Origin: Candidatus Spongiihabitans sp.
Lineage (GTDB): Bacteria > Pseudomonadota > Gammaproteobacteria > Arenicellales > Poriferihabitantaceae
Length of the DNA: 64,000 nucleotides
Direction: 5' to 3'
Assembly: GCA_965261425.1 (NCBI GenBank)
Contig: OZ253452.1
Coordinates: 481,160 to 545,159, forward strand
Below, in pieces: positions 56,029-64,000 of this stretch (the first letter of the stretch is position 1; every line of letters begins with the position of its first letter). The position numbers and the translations under genes were made by a program. The notes under the pieces are model-generated. The model worked only from the letters and a program-made list of their open reading frames with translations. It searched no databases and had not been told where the DNA came from.

Positions 56029-57681
56029 ATGACTGAGCGTTTTGATTACATTATTGTCGGTGCGGGTTCAGCGGGATGCGTGTTGGCGAATCGGCTGACA
56101 GAAAACGCGGATGTTTCGGTGTTATTGCTGGAGTTTGGTGGTAAGGACAATAGCCTGTTTATACAAATGCCGACTGCATTGTCTATTCCGATGGGGAGTA
56201 AAAAATTTGCTTGGCAGTTTCATACCGAGCCTGAACCGTATCTTGACAATCGGCGCATGCATTGCCCGCGAGGGAAGGTGTTGGGGGGGTCGTCTTCAAT
56301 CAATGGCATGGTTTATGTGCGTGGTCATGCGATGGATTATGAAGCATGGCAGGACAGTGGTGCGAGCGGTTGGGACTATGCCCATTGTCTGCCGTATTTT
56401 AATAAAGCAGATGACTGGAAATGGGCGGATGATTACCGTTCACAAGGTGGACCTTTGACCGTGAGCGATGGCAATGGCATGAAAAACCCGCTTTACCGAG
56501 CCTTTATTGATGCGGGTGTGCAAGCCGGTTATATGGCTACGGAAGATTATAATGGTCATCGTCAGGAGGGGTTTGGGGCAATGCAGATGACGGTCAAAAA
56601 TGGGTGGCGCTGGTCAACTGCCAATGCCTATCTCAAGCCAGCGATGCAACGGAAAAATCTGCGTGTGGTTACCAACGCGCTGACCAGACGCATCATATTG
56701 AGCAATAAAGTGGCTACGGGTGTGGAGTATCAAATCGGTGACCGCGTGCATACGGTTGCTGCCAATAAGGAAGTCATACTGAGTGCCGGCTCTGTGGGCT
56801 CGCCACAATTACTGCAAATTTCTGGTATTGGACCGGGTGCAGTATTAAAAGCGGTAGGGGTTGAGGTAATACATAATCTGCCCGGGGTCGGGGAAAACCT
56901 ACAGGATCACCTTGAGTTTTATTTTCAATTTCGCTGTAAGCAAAACATTACCTTGAATGGCAAACTAGATTTGTGGAATAAATTTCTGATTGGTGCACGC
57001 TGGTATTTATTCAAGAGCGGACTGGGAGCAACCAATCATTTCGAGTCGGGTGCGTTTATACGCTCAAAGTCGGGCATAAAAGCCCCTGATATTCAATACC
57101 ACTTTTTACCCGCTGCCATGCGGTACGATGGCAAGGTGGCATTTGATGGGCATGGATTTCAAGTTCATGTCGGGCACAACAAACCCGAAAGTCGTGGTAG
57201 AATTCGCATTCAATCCGCGCAGCCATTGGATAAACCCTCAATCCTGTTTAATTATCTACAACACGAAAGTGATCGGGCTGGATTTCGTCAATGTGTCAGG
57301 CTGACCCGCGAAATCATCAAGCAACCAGCGATGGATGCCTATCGGGGAGCGGAAATACAACCCGGCGAGGCGGTGGTCAGTGATGAGGAAATCGATGGCT
57401 ATATTCGACAGGGCGTGGAAAGTGCCTATCATCCTTCCTGTACTTGCAAGATGGGAACCGATGCGTTGGCAGTGGTTGACCCGCAAACCAGAGTGCATGG
57501 GATAGAGCGATTGCGAGTGGTCGATTCGTCTATTTTTCCGCTCATCACCAACGGCAACCTGAATGCGCCAACCATTATGACTGCCGAACGGGCAGCGGAT
57601 ATTATCAAGGGGAAAGGCATGCTCAAACCTGCCAGTGTCGCGATTGGTCTGGCGGATAACTGGCGGAACAATCAACGTTGA
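56029..57681 (+). CDS. GMC-family FAD oxidoreductase (choline dehydrogenase-like)
   Basis: [19 protein letters not shown] (FAD ADP-binding) and GMC signatures ([30 protein letters not shown]). HPSCTCKMG is near the C-terminus. No betB or betI is adjacent. Confidence 0.8.
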   Translation: MTERFDYIIVGAGSAGCVLANRLTENADVSVLLLEFGGKDNSLFIQMPTALSIPMGSKKFAWQFHTEPEPYLDNRRMHCPRGKVLGGSSSINGMVYVRGHAMDYEAWQDSGASGWDYAHCLPYFNKADDWKWADDYRSQGGPLTVSDGNGMKNPLYRAFIDAGVQAGYMATEDYNGHRQEGFGAMQMTVKNGWRWSTANAYLKPAMQRKNLRVVTNALTRRIILSNKVATGVEYQIGDRVHTVAANKEVILSAGSVGSPQLLQISGIGPGAVLKAVGVEVIHNLPGVGENLQDHLEFYFQFRCKQNITLNGKLDLWNKFLIGARWYLFKSGLGATNHFESGAFIRSKSGIKAPDIQYHFLPAAMRYDGKVAFDGHGFQVHVGHNKPESRGRIRIQSAQPLDKPSILFNYLQHESDRAGFRQCVRLTREIIKQPAMDAYRGAEIQPGEAVVSDEEIDGYIRQGVESAYHPSCTCKMGTDALAVVDPQTRVHGIERLRVVDSSIFPLITNGNLNAPTIMTAERAADIIKGKGMLKPASVAIGLADNWRNNQR

Positions 57682-57759
57682 TAATTGAAAAACCGCCCAT
57701 GCTGGCTTGTTTTGATAGCATTAATTTCGCTTTAGTAATCCCATCATCGAGTATATGTA

Positions 57760-60700
57760 ATGACCAAAACTGGTATTCTGCCTAAATTTTCAGATCAACA
57801 AGTCGCTGATGTGGCGAGAACGCTGTATCACATCGAAGGTCCAATCAAACGCCTCAATGGTGATCGTGACCTGAATTTTCTGATTGAATCAGCGGCAGGG
57901 CAGGTGATTTTCAAAATTGCTAATAGCGAAGAAACGGCAGCAATGCTGGAATGTCAGCATGAAGTGTTTAAGCTGTTGTCGAAAACAGTCGGCGACAAAG
58001 AGCGCGCAATACAAACTCCGAAAACGATTCAATCGGTGAATGGAAATCCGTTCGAGTCGGTGCGTTCTGCGAGCGGAAAAAAGCACTTTTGTAGGGCGGT
58101 TCGGTTTGTCAGTGGTCGTTTGCTATCGGCAGTCAATCCGCAACCCCCCGATTTGCTCGAAAATCTGGGTGAAACGGTTGCTGAAATTGATATTGTCCTC
58201 ACAGATTTCAAGCATAACGCGCTTGAGCGACCGCTTTTGTGGACGATGCACGATGCGATTGAAACGCTGGAGAAATGCAAGCCATTGCTGGACGATGACG
58301 AGCGAGTCGGATTGGTTGATTTTTTTCAAAATCGCTTTACCGAGCGCGTCATACCCATCACCGACCAATTGCCCTTCGGCGCGATTCATAACGATGTAAA
58401 CGACCATAATGTGATTGTTGGTGGTAGCGGGTATGAGCAACAACGGGTCAAGGGCATCATTGATTACGGTGATATGGTGTATTCATGGCAGGTCGTTGAT
58501 GTTGCTGTTGCCGCCGCTTATGCCATGCTGGGGAAATTGCATCCACTAGACGCAGCCGCTTCGGTTATCAAGGGTTATCACCGAAAACGTCCGTTGAGCG
58601 AGCTTGAAATAAGCGTTTTGTTTGAATTGATGTGTATGCGCTTGTGTATGAGCGTGTGTATTTGTGCCTATCAACAATATCAGGTGCCGGACAATGCGTA
58701 TTTAAGAATTAGCGAGCAATCCGCGTGGTCAACCTTGCGGCGACTAAAAGCGATACCCGCTGATTTCGCGCATTACCTATTTAGGGATTGTTGTAGTTTG
58801 CCGCCAGTTCCAACTGCGGCACGGGTCATAGATTGGTTGCGTTCAAATTCGGCATGTTTCAAATCTATTGTTCAGATCAACCTCAAAACCGATAACTTGT
58901 TGATTTTGGATGCTGGCGTGGGTAGCGCGCAAATGCCAAATCCGGGCGCACCGATGGATCCAATACGCGAGGCGAAAAATATAGTTCGCACCATTGACGA
59001 CCAACAATGTGTCGCTGCTATCGGTAAATATGACGAGTGCCGCTTGATATACAATGGCGAGAGTTTTACCGATGCCAGCGGTCATCGCCGCACCTTGCAT
59101 CTTGGGATTGATGTTTTCATGCCCGCGCAACCTGCCATATACGCGCCACTTTGTGGAACGGTTTATGGTATGGATAATGATGATGCCCCGTTGAGCTACG
59201 GCGGTGTATTGATTCTGAAACATGATTTTAGTGACCCGCAGGGTGGCGGAACGTTTTATACCTTGTATGGGCATCTCAAACCGGCATCACTGGCACATCA
59301 CGCGATTGGCGATGTCATTGAGAGCGGTCAAAAAATCGCCGACATCGGAGAAATTCACGAAAACGGTAATTGGCCGCCCCATGTGCATTTTCAAATCATC
59401 ACCGATATGCTGGGGAAAACCAATCGGTTTATTGGTGTTGGCGCACATGCCCATCGAAATGTGTGGTTGAATTTATGCCCCGATGCCAATCTTATGCTCG
59501 GTATTCCGGATAACCGATTACTCCCGCAAACCAACGCCCCGAATCAACTTGCCGAAAAACCTGCAACCAATCGGCAACCGATTTATATGGCGCGAGGGAG
59601 CCTGCAATACCTGTATGATTATACCGGTCGGCAATACCTAGACGCGCTCAATCATGTTGCCCATGTCGGTCATTGCCATCCGACAGTGGTGGCAGCGATG
59701 CAGCAACAAGGCGGTGTGTTAAATACCAATACAGGCTATTCATACGCACAGATAGCGCTTTATTCCGAGCGATTGCTGGCGACACTTCCTACGCCGCTAA
59801 CGGTTTGTTTTTTGGTCGATAGTGGTCGTGAAGCGAATCATCTGGCATTGCGTTTGGCAAGAAATTATAGCGGTTGCCAAGATAGCGTCATGATCGAACA
59901 TAATTATGGTGTCGGCACAGGCACAGAGCCGATTCATACGGTACGGCTACCCAATTTATATCGTGACCCGTATCACCATTCGGGTGATGAAGCCGCTACC
60001 ATGTCGGCATATTTGGACTCGATAAAGGTGGCGTTACGAAGGGCAGAGCAATCTGGTGTGGCAGCATTCATTGCCGAATCCATGCTCGGTTATGCTGGGC
60101 AGATTATATTACCCGAGGGCTATCTCTCGGCTGTGTACCAACAGGTGCGGGATTGCGGAGGGCTGTGTATTGCAGACGAAGTGCAAACAGGGGTTGGACG
60201 AGCAGGCAGCCACTATTGGGCGTTTGAAACTCAAGGCGTGGTTCCAGACATCCTGACTCTGGGCAAACCAATGGGGAGCGGACATCCTTTAGGTGCCGTT
60301 ATTACCACTCGGGAAATTGCCGATGCGTTTAATCATGGCATGGACGGCTTCAATATTACTGGCAATATTTCTGGTAATACCTTTGGTGGAAATCCGCTGT
60401 CCTGCGTGATTGGCAATGCGGTATTGGATGTGATTGAACAGGAGAATTTACCACAACATGCGGCAGATGTTGGCAGTTATTTTCATCAAAACCTCGGTCA
60501 ACTCAAATCGCGTCACCCAATCATCGGCGATGTCAGAGGGTTAGGCTTGTTCCTCGGCATTGAATTGGTCAACAATCACCACGATCTGCAACCAGCACCC
60601 GAGCAGGCGACCTATATCGTCGAGCGCATGAAACAAAAAGGAATTCTGACTGCCATCGGTGGCGCACGGCACAATGTGCTGAAAATAACACCGCCATTGT

Positions 60701-60783
60701 GCTTCTCGCATGAAAATGTTGAGCAGTTTACATCCGTATTAGAGGGGGTATTAAAAGAAGATTTTGCCCAGCCGAGCGATTAG
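57760..60783 (+). CDS. Three-domain fusion: APH/kinase-like domain + M23 metallopeptidase-like domain + class-III (AGXT2-like) PLP aminotransferase/phospho-lyase domain
   Basis: The N-terminal ~330 aa are aminoglycoside-phosphotransferase/hydroxylysine-kinase-like ([19 protein letters not shown]). The middle region carries the M23 zinc ligands HLGIDV (HxxxD) and PPHVHFQI (HxH). The C-terminal ~430 aa carry the class-III aminotransferase motifs [28 protein letters not shown] and [15 protein letters not shown], the last containing the PLP Lys. Confidence 0.75.
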   Translation: MTKTGILPKFSDQQVADVARTLYHIEGPIKRLNGDRDLNFLIESAAGQVIFKIANSEETAAMLECQHEVFKLLSKTVGDKERAIQTPKTIQSVNGNPFESVRSASGKKHFCRAVRFVSGRLLSAVNPQPPDLLENLGETVAEIDIVLTDFKHNALERPLLWTMHDAIETLEKCKPLLDDDERVGLVDFFQNRFTERVIPITDQLPFGAIHNDVNDHNVIVGGSGYEQQRVKGIIDYGDMVYSWQVVDVAVAAAYAMLGKLHPLDAAASVIKGYHRKRPLSELEISVLFELMCMRLCMSVCICAYQQYQVPDNAYLRISEQSAWSTLRRLKAIPADFAHYLFRDCCSLPPVPTAARVIDWLRSNSACFKSIVQINLKTDNLLILDAGVGSAQMPNPGAPMDPIREAKNIVRTIDDQQCVAAIGKYDECRLIYNGESFTDASGHRRTLHLGIDVFMPAQPAIYAPLCGTVYGMDNDDAPLSYGGVLILKHDFSDPQGGGTFYTLYGHLKPASLAHHAIGDVIESGQKIADIGEIHENGNWPPHVHFQIITDMLGKTNRFIGVGAHAHRNVWLNLCPDANLMLGIPDNRLLPQTNAPNQLAEKPATNRQPIYMARGSLQYLYDYTGRQYLDALNHVAHVGHCHPTVVAAMQQQGGVLNTNTGYSYAQIALYSERLLATLPTPLTVCFLVDSGREANHLALRLARNYSGCQDSVMIEHNYGVGTGTEPIHTVRLPNLYRDPYHHSGDEAATMSAYLDSIKVALRRAEQSGVAAFIAESMLGYAGQIILPEGYLSAVYQQVRDCGGLCIADEVQTGVGRAGSHYWAFETQGVVPDILTLGKPMGSGHPLGAVITTREIADAFNHGMDGFNITGNISGNTFGGNPLSCVIGNAVLDVIEQENLPQHAADVGSYFHQNLGQLKSRHPIIGDVRGLGLFLGIELVNNHHDLQPAPEQATYIVERMKQKGILTAIGGARHNVLKITPPLCFSHENVEQFTSVLEGVLKEDFAQPSD

Positions 60784-60859
60784 CGGATGTGTTGGACGGG
60801 TATCGGAACCGCCAGCATCTGTCACCTATCCGAGACTCATCATCACAAATTGGTTGGAA

Positions 60860-61180
60860 TTAGTTGATTTCAAATCGTTTTTTTAGAAAATATTTTACTG
60901 CGTAGCGGTTTCGATAGCTTAATAATCGACCAAGTTCACCTTTCGATTTTAGTAATGGCATGATATTGGCAATGGATTCTTTCTCCAGCGGCAAATCAGC
61001 CAATGGACATGACGCGCAATGGAGTTGTGAGAAAAATATCTGTTTCCCAATGATATAGTTGCTGGAGTGCTTGGAGTAGTCAGGTCCAGTACTTTTTCCA
61101 CCACCACCAGAACCGGATCCGAATGCCAGACCGCTGGTCAGCAATAAAAACAGGGAAATGCGTATTTGTTTTTTCATCAT
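60860..61180 (-). CDS. Small secreted hypothetical protein with Gly-rich linker and CxxC motif
   Basis: Signal peptide MMKKQIRISLFLLLTSGLAFG, then GSGSGGGG. It carries GKQIFFSQLHCASCP, which is cytochrome-c-like in context but reads CxxCP rather than CxxCH. Confidence 0.4.
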   Translation of the reverse strand: MMKKQIRISLFLLLTSGLAFGSGSGGGGKSTGPDYSKHSSNYIIGKQIFFSQLHCASCPLADLPLEKESIANIMPLLKSKGELGRLLSYRNRYAVKYFLKKRFEIN

Positions 61181-61289
61181 GAGCCCGTTGAGTGAAATGA
61201 CTATGCACATTGACTCATAATAAAAGGCAACCATAAACATCTCAATATCAGATACGTTGCCTCACATTAGAGGTCACTATGACGCTCTT

Positions 61290-61653
61290 AAATATCACGT
61301 TTAATTTTCTTTCAATTGATTTCTTGAGTATAACCTGATTTAGTTTCTGATGGATAGCTCGCAATTGTTTTTTGTCTTCTCGCTGGATGTGATCAGACAC
61401 CATAACACGGTTATCGACTGAATTATATCCGTGCCAAGCGAGCAGACACATCGGTTGCATGGATCAACAGCATATTCTTGGTAGTGAACCTGCCATCCTG
61501 CTGGAGGTCTTTTTTGTGCTCAAAATAAGGCGACTAATAGGGTCGATAACAAACGCTTGGCGACACCAATTACGATTGGACGGGTGCGGATTGTGCCGAT
61601 TGCTTGGCCGGGACAAATTCAAATATCCAAAACCGACTTTGTGAGCAGACTCT
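61290..61653 (+). pseudogene. Solo 3'-terminal fragment of the IS5/IS1182-like element (frameshifted)
   Basis: Translation gives LNYIRAKRADTSVAWINSIFLV..., then in another frame KIRRLIGSITNAWRHQLRLDGCGLCRLLGRDKFKYPKPTL. This is colinear with the C-terminus of the 553-aa transposase. It ends with the IR ...CCGACTTTGTGAGCAGACTCT at 61653. Confidence 0.85.
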
Positions 61654-61699
61654 AAATATGAGATAATGTTGCCAACCACAATATTATTTGAGGATGTTT

Positions 61700-64000
61700 A
61701 TGATTACTATTTTGATTCTTTTGTTATTGGTTCTTGGGTTTGTGTGGCTAAAGTTGCCGCTTAAAAACTGGCTGATTGCGTCTTCGGTTGTTTCGTTGAT
61801 AACCGCAATATTTGGCATTGATACTGTCATTTCATTGATATTACTGGTTATTTTCGTGGCAATTATTTTGTTTCTTTATTTCTCGTCTGACCTCCGAAAG
61901 CAGTTTGTTAGTGCGCGGTTATTTGCCATGGTCAAGCGAATGATGCCACCGATTTCGCCGACCGAGCGGGATGCCATCAATGCTGGAACGGTGTGGTGGG
62001 ACGCGGAATTGTTTTCGGGAAAGCCGAACTGGGATGTACTGTTTTCAGCGAAAACACCCGAGCTGAGCGAGCAGGAACAGGCTTTTATGGATGGTCCGGT
62101 TGAGGAGTTATGTGCGATGACCGATGATTGGCAGATTACCCATCAGTTAAACGACCTACCGGACAGCGTTTGGGATTTTATTAAAAACAATCATTTTTTC
62201 GGACTGAATGCGGCAAAGGAATATGGTGGCTTGGAATTCTCTGCCTATGCCCAGTCTCGTATCGTGCAAAAACTGGCAACCCGAAGTGGCACCGTTGCGG
62301 TTACCGTTATGGTGCCAAATTCGCTTGGTCCCGCAGAGTTGTTGCTGCACTACGGTACCAGCGAACAGAAAGCGTACTACTTGCCGCGTTTAGCGGCGGG
62401 TAAAGAAATTCCGTGTTTTGCTCTGACCAATCCTTGGGCGGGGTCGGATGCTGTGGCTATGCCCGATTGCGGGGTGGTTTGCAAAGGCAGATACAAAGGG
62501 AAATCGGTGTTGGGGTTTCGGGTTAATTGGGAAAAACGCTATATCACGCTCGGTCCGGTGGCGACCTTGCTGGGGCTGGCATTTAAGGCTTACGACCCGG
62601 ATCATTTATTGGGCGATGAGGAGGATCTGGGCATGACCTGTGCGTTGGTGCCTGTTGGCAGCAAAGGGGTCTCTATCGGCAGTCGGCATCTGCCACTCAA
62701 CGCATCATTCCAAAATGGACCCAACTGGGGCAAAAATGTATTTATTCCGATGCAATGGGTTATCGGTGGGCAAGAACAAGTCGGACAGGGGTGGCGTATG
62801 CTGATGGAGTCGCTGGCAACCGGCAGAGGCATCTCTTTGCCGGCAGCCGCTGCGGGGGCGGCAAAAGTATGCGCTCGAAGCAGTGGTGCCTATGCCCGAA
62901 TTCGTGAGCAATTTGGCATCGAAATAGGTCGTTTTGAAGGCATTGAGGAAGTGCTTGCGCGAATCGGCGGGCTGACTTACTTGCTTGATAGTGGCAGGAT
63001 ATTGATGACCACCGCCTTGTCGCTGGGACAAAAACCGGCAGTGATGTCGGCGATTGTCAAGCAGCAATGTACAGATTTATCACGGATGGTGGTCAATGAT
63101 GCTATGGATTTGCATGGTGGCAAGGCAATTTGTATGGGTCCGGGAAACTATTTGGCGCGAATTTACCAACAAATTCCGATTGGCATCACTGTAGAGGGGG
63201 CGAATATTTTAACCCGCAGTTTAATCATATTTGGGCAGGGTTCGATGCGTTGCCACCCGTATTTGCTGAAAGAGATCGAAGCGGTATCCATGGAGGATGA
63301 GGTCGATGGTCTTGAGCAATTTGATGATGCCATACGCGCTCATATCGAGCATACAATAAGCAATAAAATGCGCTCTTTTGGTTATGGGTTAAGCCGTGGC
63401 TGGCTGGCGACTGGTCGTGGTCGTGGCTTGATTAAAAAACATTCCCGCAGCATTGAACATTTGAGTGCTGCTTTTGCTTGGCTGGTTGATGTCACCCTGT
63501 TTTCGTTCGGCGGTGGCTTGAAACGAAAAGAGATGTTGTCAGCAAGATTCGCCGATGTGATGAGTAACCTGTATCTGGCATCCGCAACCTTAAAACGATT
63601 CAAGGACACGGGTGAACCACAAAGCGACTCGCCACTGGCAGATTGGGCATGTCAATATGCGTTATATCAGGCGCAACAGGCTTTGGACGGCATATTGCGT
63701 AATTATCCCAATCGGGTTGTTGGCATGTTGCTTAGGGTGGTTATTTTCCCCGCTGGCAGGTATCTGCATCTGCCCGCCGACAAACTCTCTCAGGCGGTAT
63801 CCGATGTGCTACAAACACCTGGCTCTGCACGCGACCGATTGACCGAAGATGTGTATATTTCAACTGCCCCGAAGGAGGTGATGGCTGAGCTTGAGTCGGC
63901 GTTGAAATTGATGGTGGAAAGCAAGGATTTACGCCGCCGATTAAAGAAATCTGAACATCAACCAGCAGCGACACAAAGCTATACCGATTGGCTGAAACAA
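61700..64000 (+). CDS. fadE: Acyl-CoA dehydrogenase, FadE type (C-terminus beyond the window)
   Basis: Absent from the ORF track because no stop lies in the window. My translation from the ATG at 61700 opens with N-terminal TM helices (MITILILLLLVLGFVWL). It continues with FFGLNAAKEYGGLEFSAYAQSRIVQKLATRSG, YLPRLAAGKEIPCFALTNPWAGSD, GWRMLMESLATGRGISLPA and VEGANILTRSLIIFGQG, colinear with E. coli FadE for ~767 aa. Confidence 0.88.
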   Translation, partial: MITILILLLLVLGFVWLKLPLKNWLIASSVVSLITAIFGIDTVISLILLVIFVAIILFLYFSSDLRKQFVSARLFAMVKRMMPPISPTERDAINAGTVWWDAELFSGKPNWDVLFSAKTPELSEQEQAFMDGPVEELCAMTDDWQITHQLNDLPDSVWDFIKNNHFFGLNAAKEYGGLEFSAYAQSRIVQKLATRSGTVAVTVMVPNSLGPAELLLHYGTSEQKAYYLPRLAAGKEIPCFALTNPWAGSDAVAMPDCGVVCKGRYKGKSVLGFRVNWEKRYITLGPVATLLGLAFKAYDPDHLLGDEEDLGMTCALVPVGSKGVSIGSRHLPLNASFQNGPNWGKNVFIPMQWVIGGQEQVGQGWRMLMESLATGRGISLPAAAAGAAKVCARSSGAYARIREQFGIEIGRFEGIEEVLARIGGLTYLLDSGRILMTTALSLGQKPAVMSAIVKQQCTDLSRMVVNDAMDLHGGKAICMGPGNYLARIYQQIPIGITVEGANILTRSLIIFGQGSMRCHPYLLKEIEAVSMEDEVDGLEQFDDAIRAHIEHTISNKMRSFGYGLSRGWLATGRGRGLIKKHSRSIEHLSAAFAWLVDVTLFSFGGGLKRKEMLSARFADVMSNLYLASATLKRFKDTGEPQSDSPLADWACQYALYQAQQALDGILRNYPNRVVGMLLRVVIFPAGRYLHLPADKLSQAVSDVLQTPGSARDRLTEDVYISTAPKEVMAELESALKLMVESKDLRRRLKKSEHQPAATQSYTDWLKQ

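Overview
This looks like a gammaproteobacterial chromosomal segment at roughly mid-40s % GC. It is conserved housekeeping backbone interrupted by one decayed accessory region at about 19.6-38.1 kb.

Backbone genes:
- mfd, which runs off the left edge and is absent from the ORF track.
- A J-domain membrane protein, amt and cysE.
- pyrR-pyrB-pyrC' together with ruvX and yqgE.
- A divergent mini-MCP paired with a FimL-like Hpt/CheW scaffold.
- An IMPase-family gene followed by tkt-gap-pgk.
- A TerC-family gene, znuA next to divergent znuCB, a PfkB kinase, fur and a yrbL-like gene.
- ybaB-recR, truA and trpF.
- accD-folC-dedD-cvpA-purF (E. coli-like synteny), then lpxH and cysS.
- A GMC oxidoreductase.
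- A 1007-aa kinase/M23/aminotransferase fusion.
- fadE, which runs off the right edge and is also absent from the track.

Accessory region:
- An IS graveyard: an IS630-type element sits inside an IS5/IS1182-like element, which sits inside a DUF4276-type pseudogene. An RDD::IS1634 chimera lies beside it.
- An orphan TPR-lipoprotein/secretin fusion and a 106-bp MITE-like element.
- A TAXI-type binding-protein gene paired with a pentapeptide-repeat lipoprotein gene.
- A ~7 kb cargo bracketed by two inverted, decayed IS256-type remnants.

The IS256-bracketed cargo is the most unusual content. It holds a DASS-type transporter, a PF04392-like periplasmic domain protein, and a tandem array of five paralogous secreted 4-Cys proteins plus one chimeric stub. 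These proteins have near-invariant N- and C-terminal modules and a mosaic hypervariable core. I recognise no family for them.

A modular REP/MITE-like repeat family litters at least 10 intergenic sites across the window:
- It includes heptamer arrays that supply the stop codons of unrelated genes.
- It also shows local tandem amplifications of 50 bp x9 and 40 bp x4.3.

I found no rRNA, tRNA or CRISPR features.
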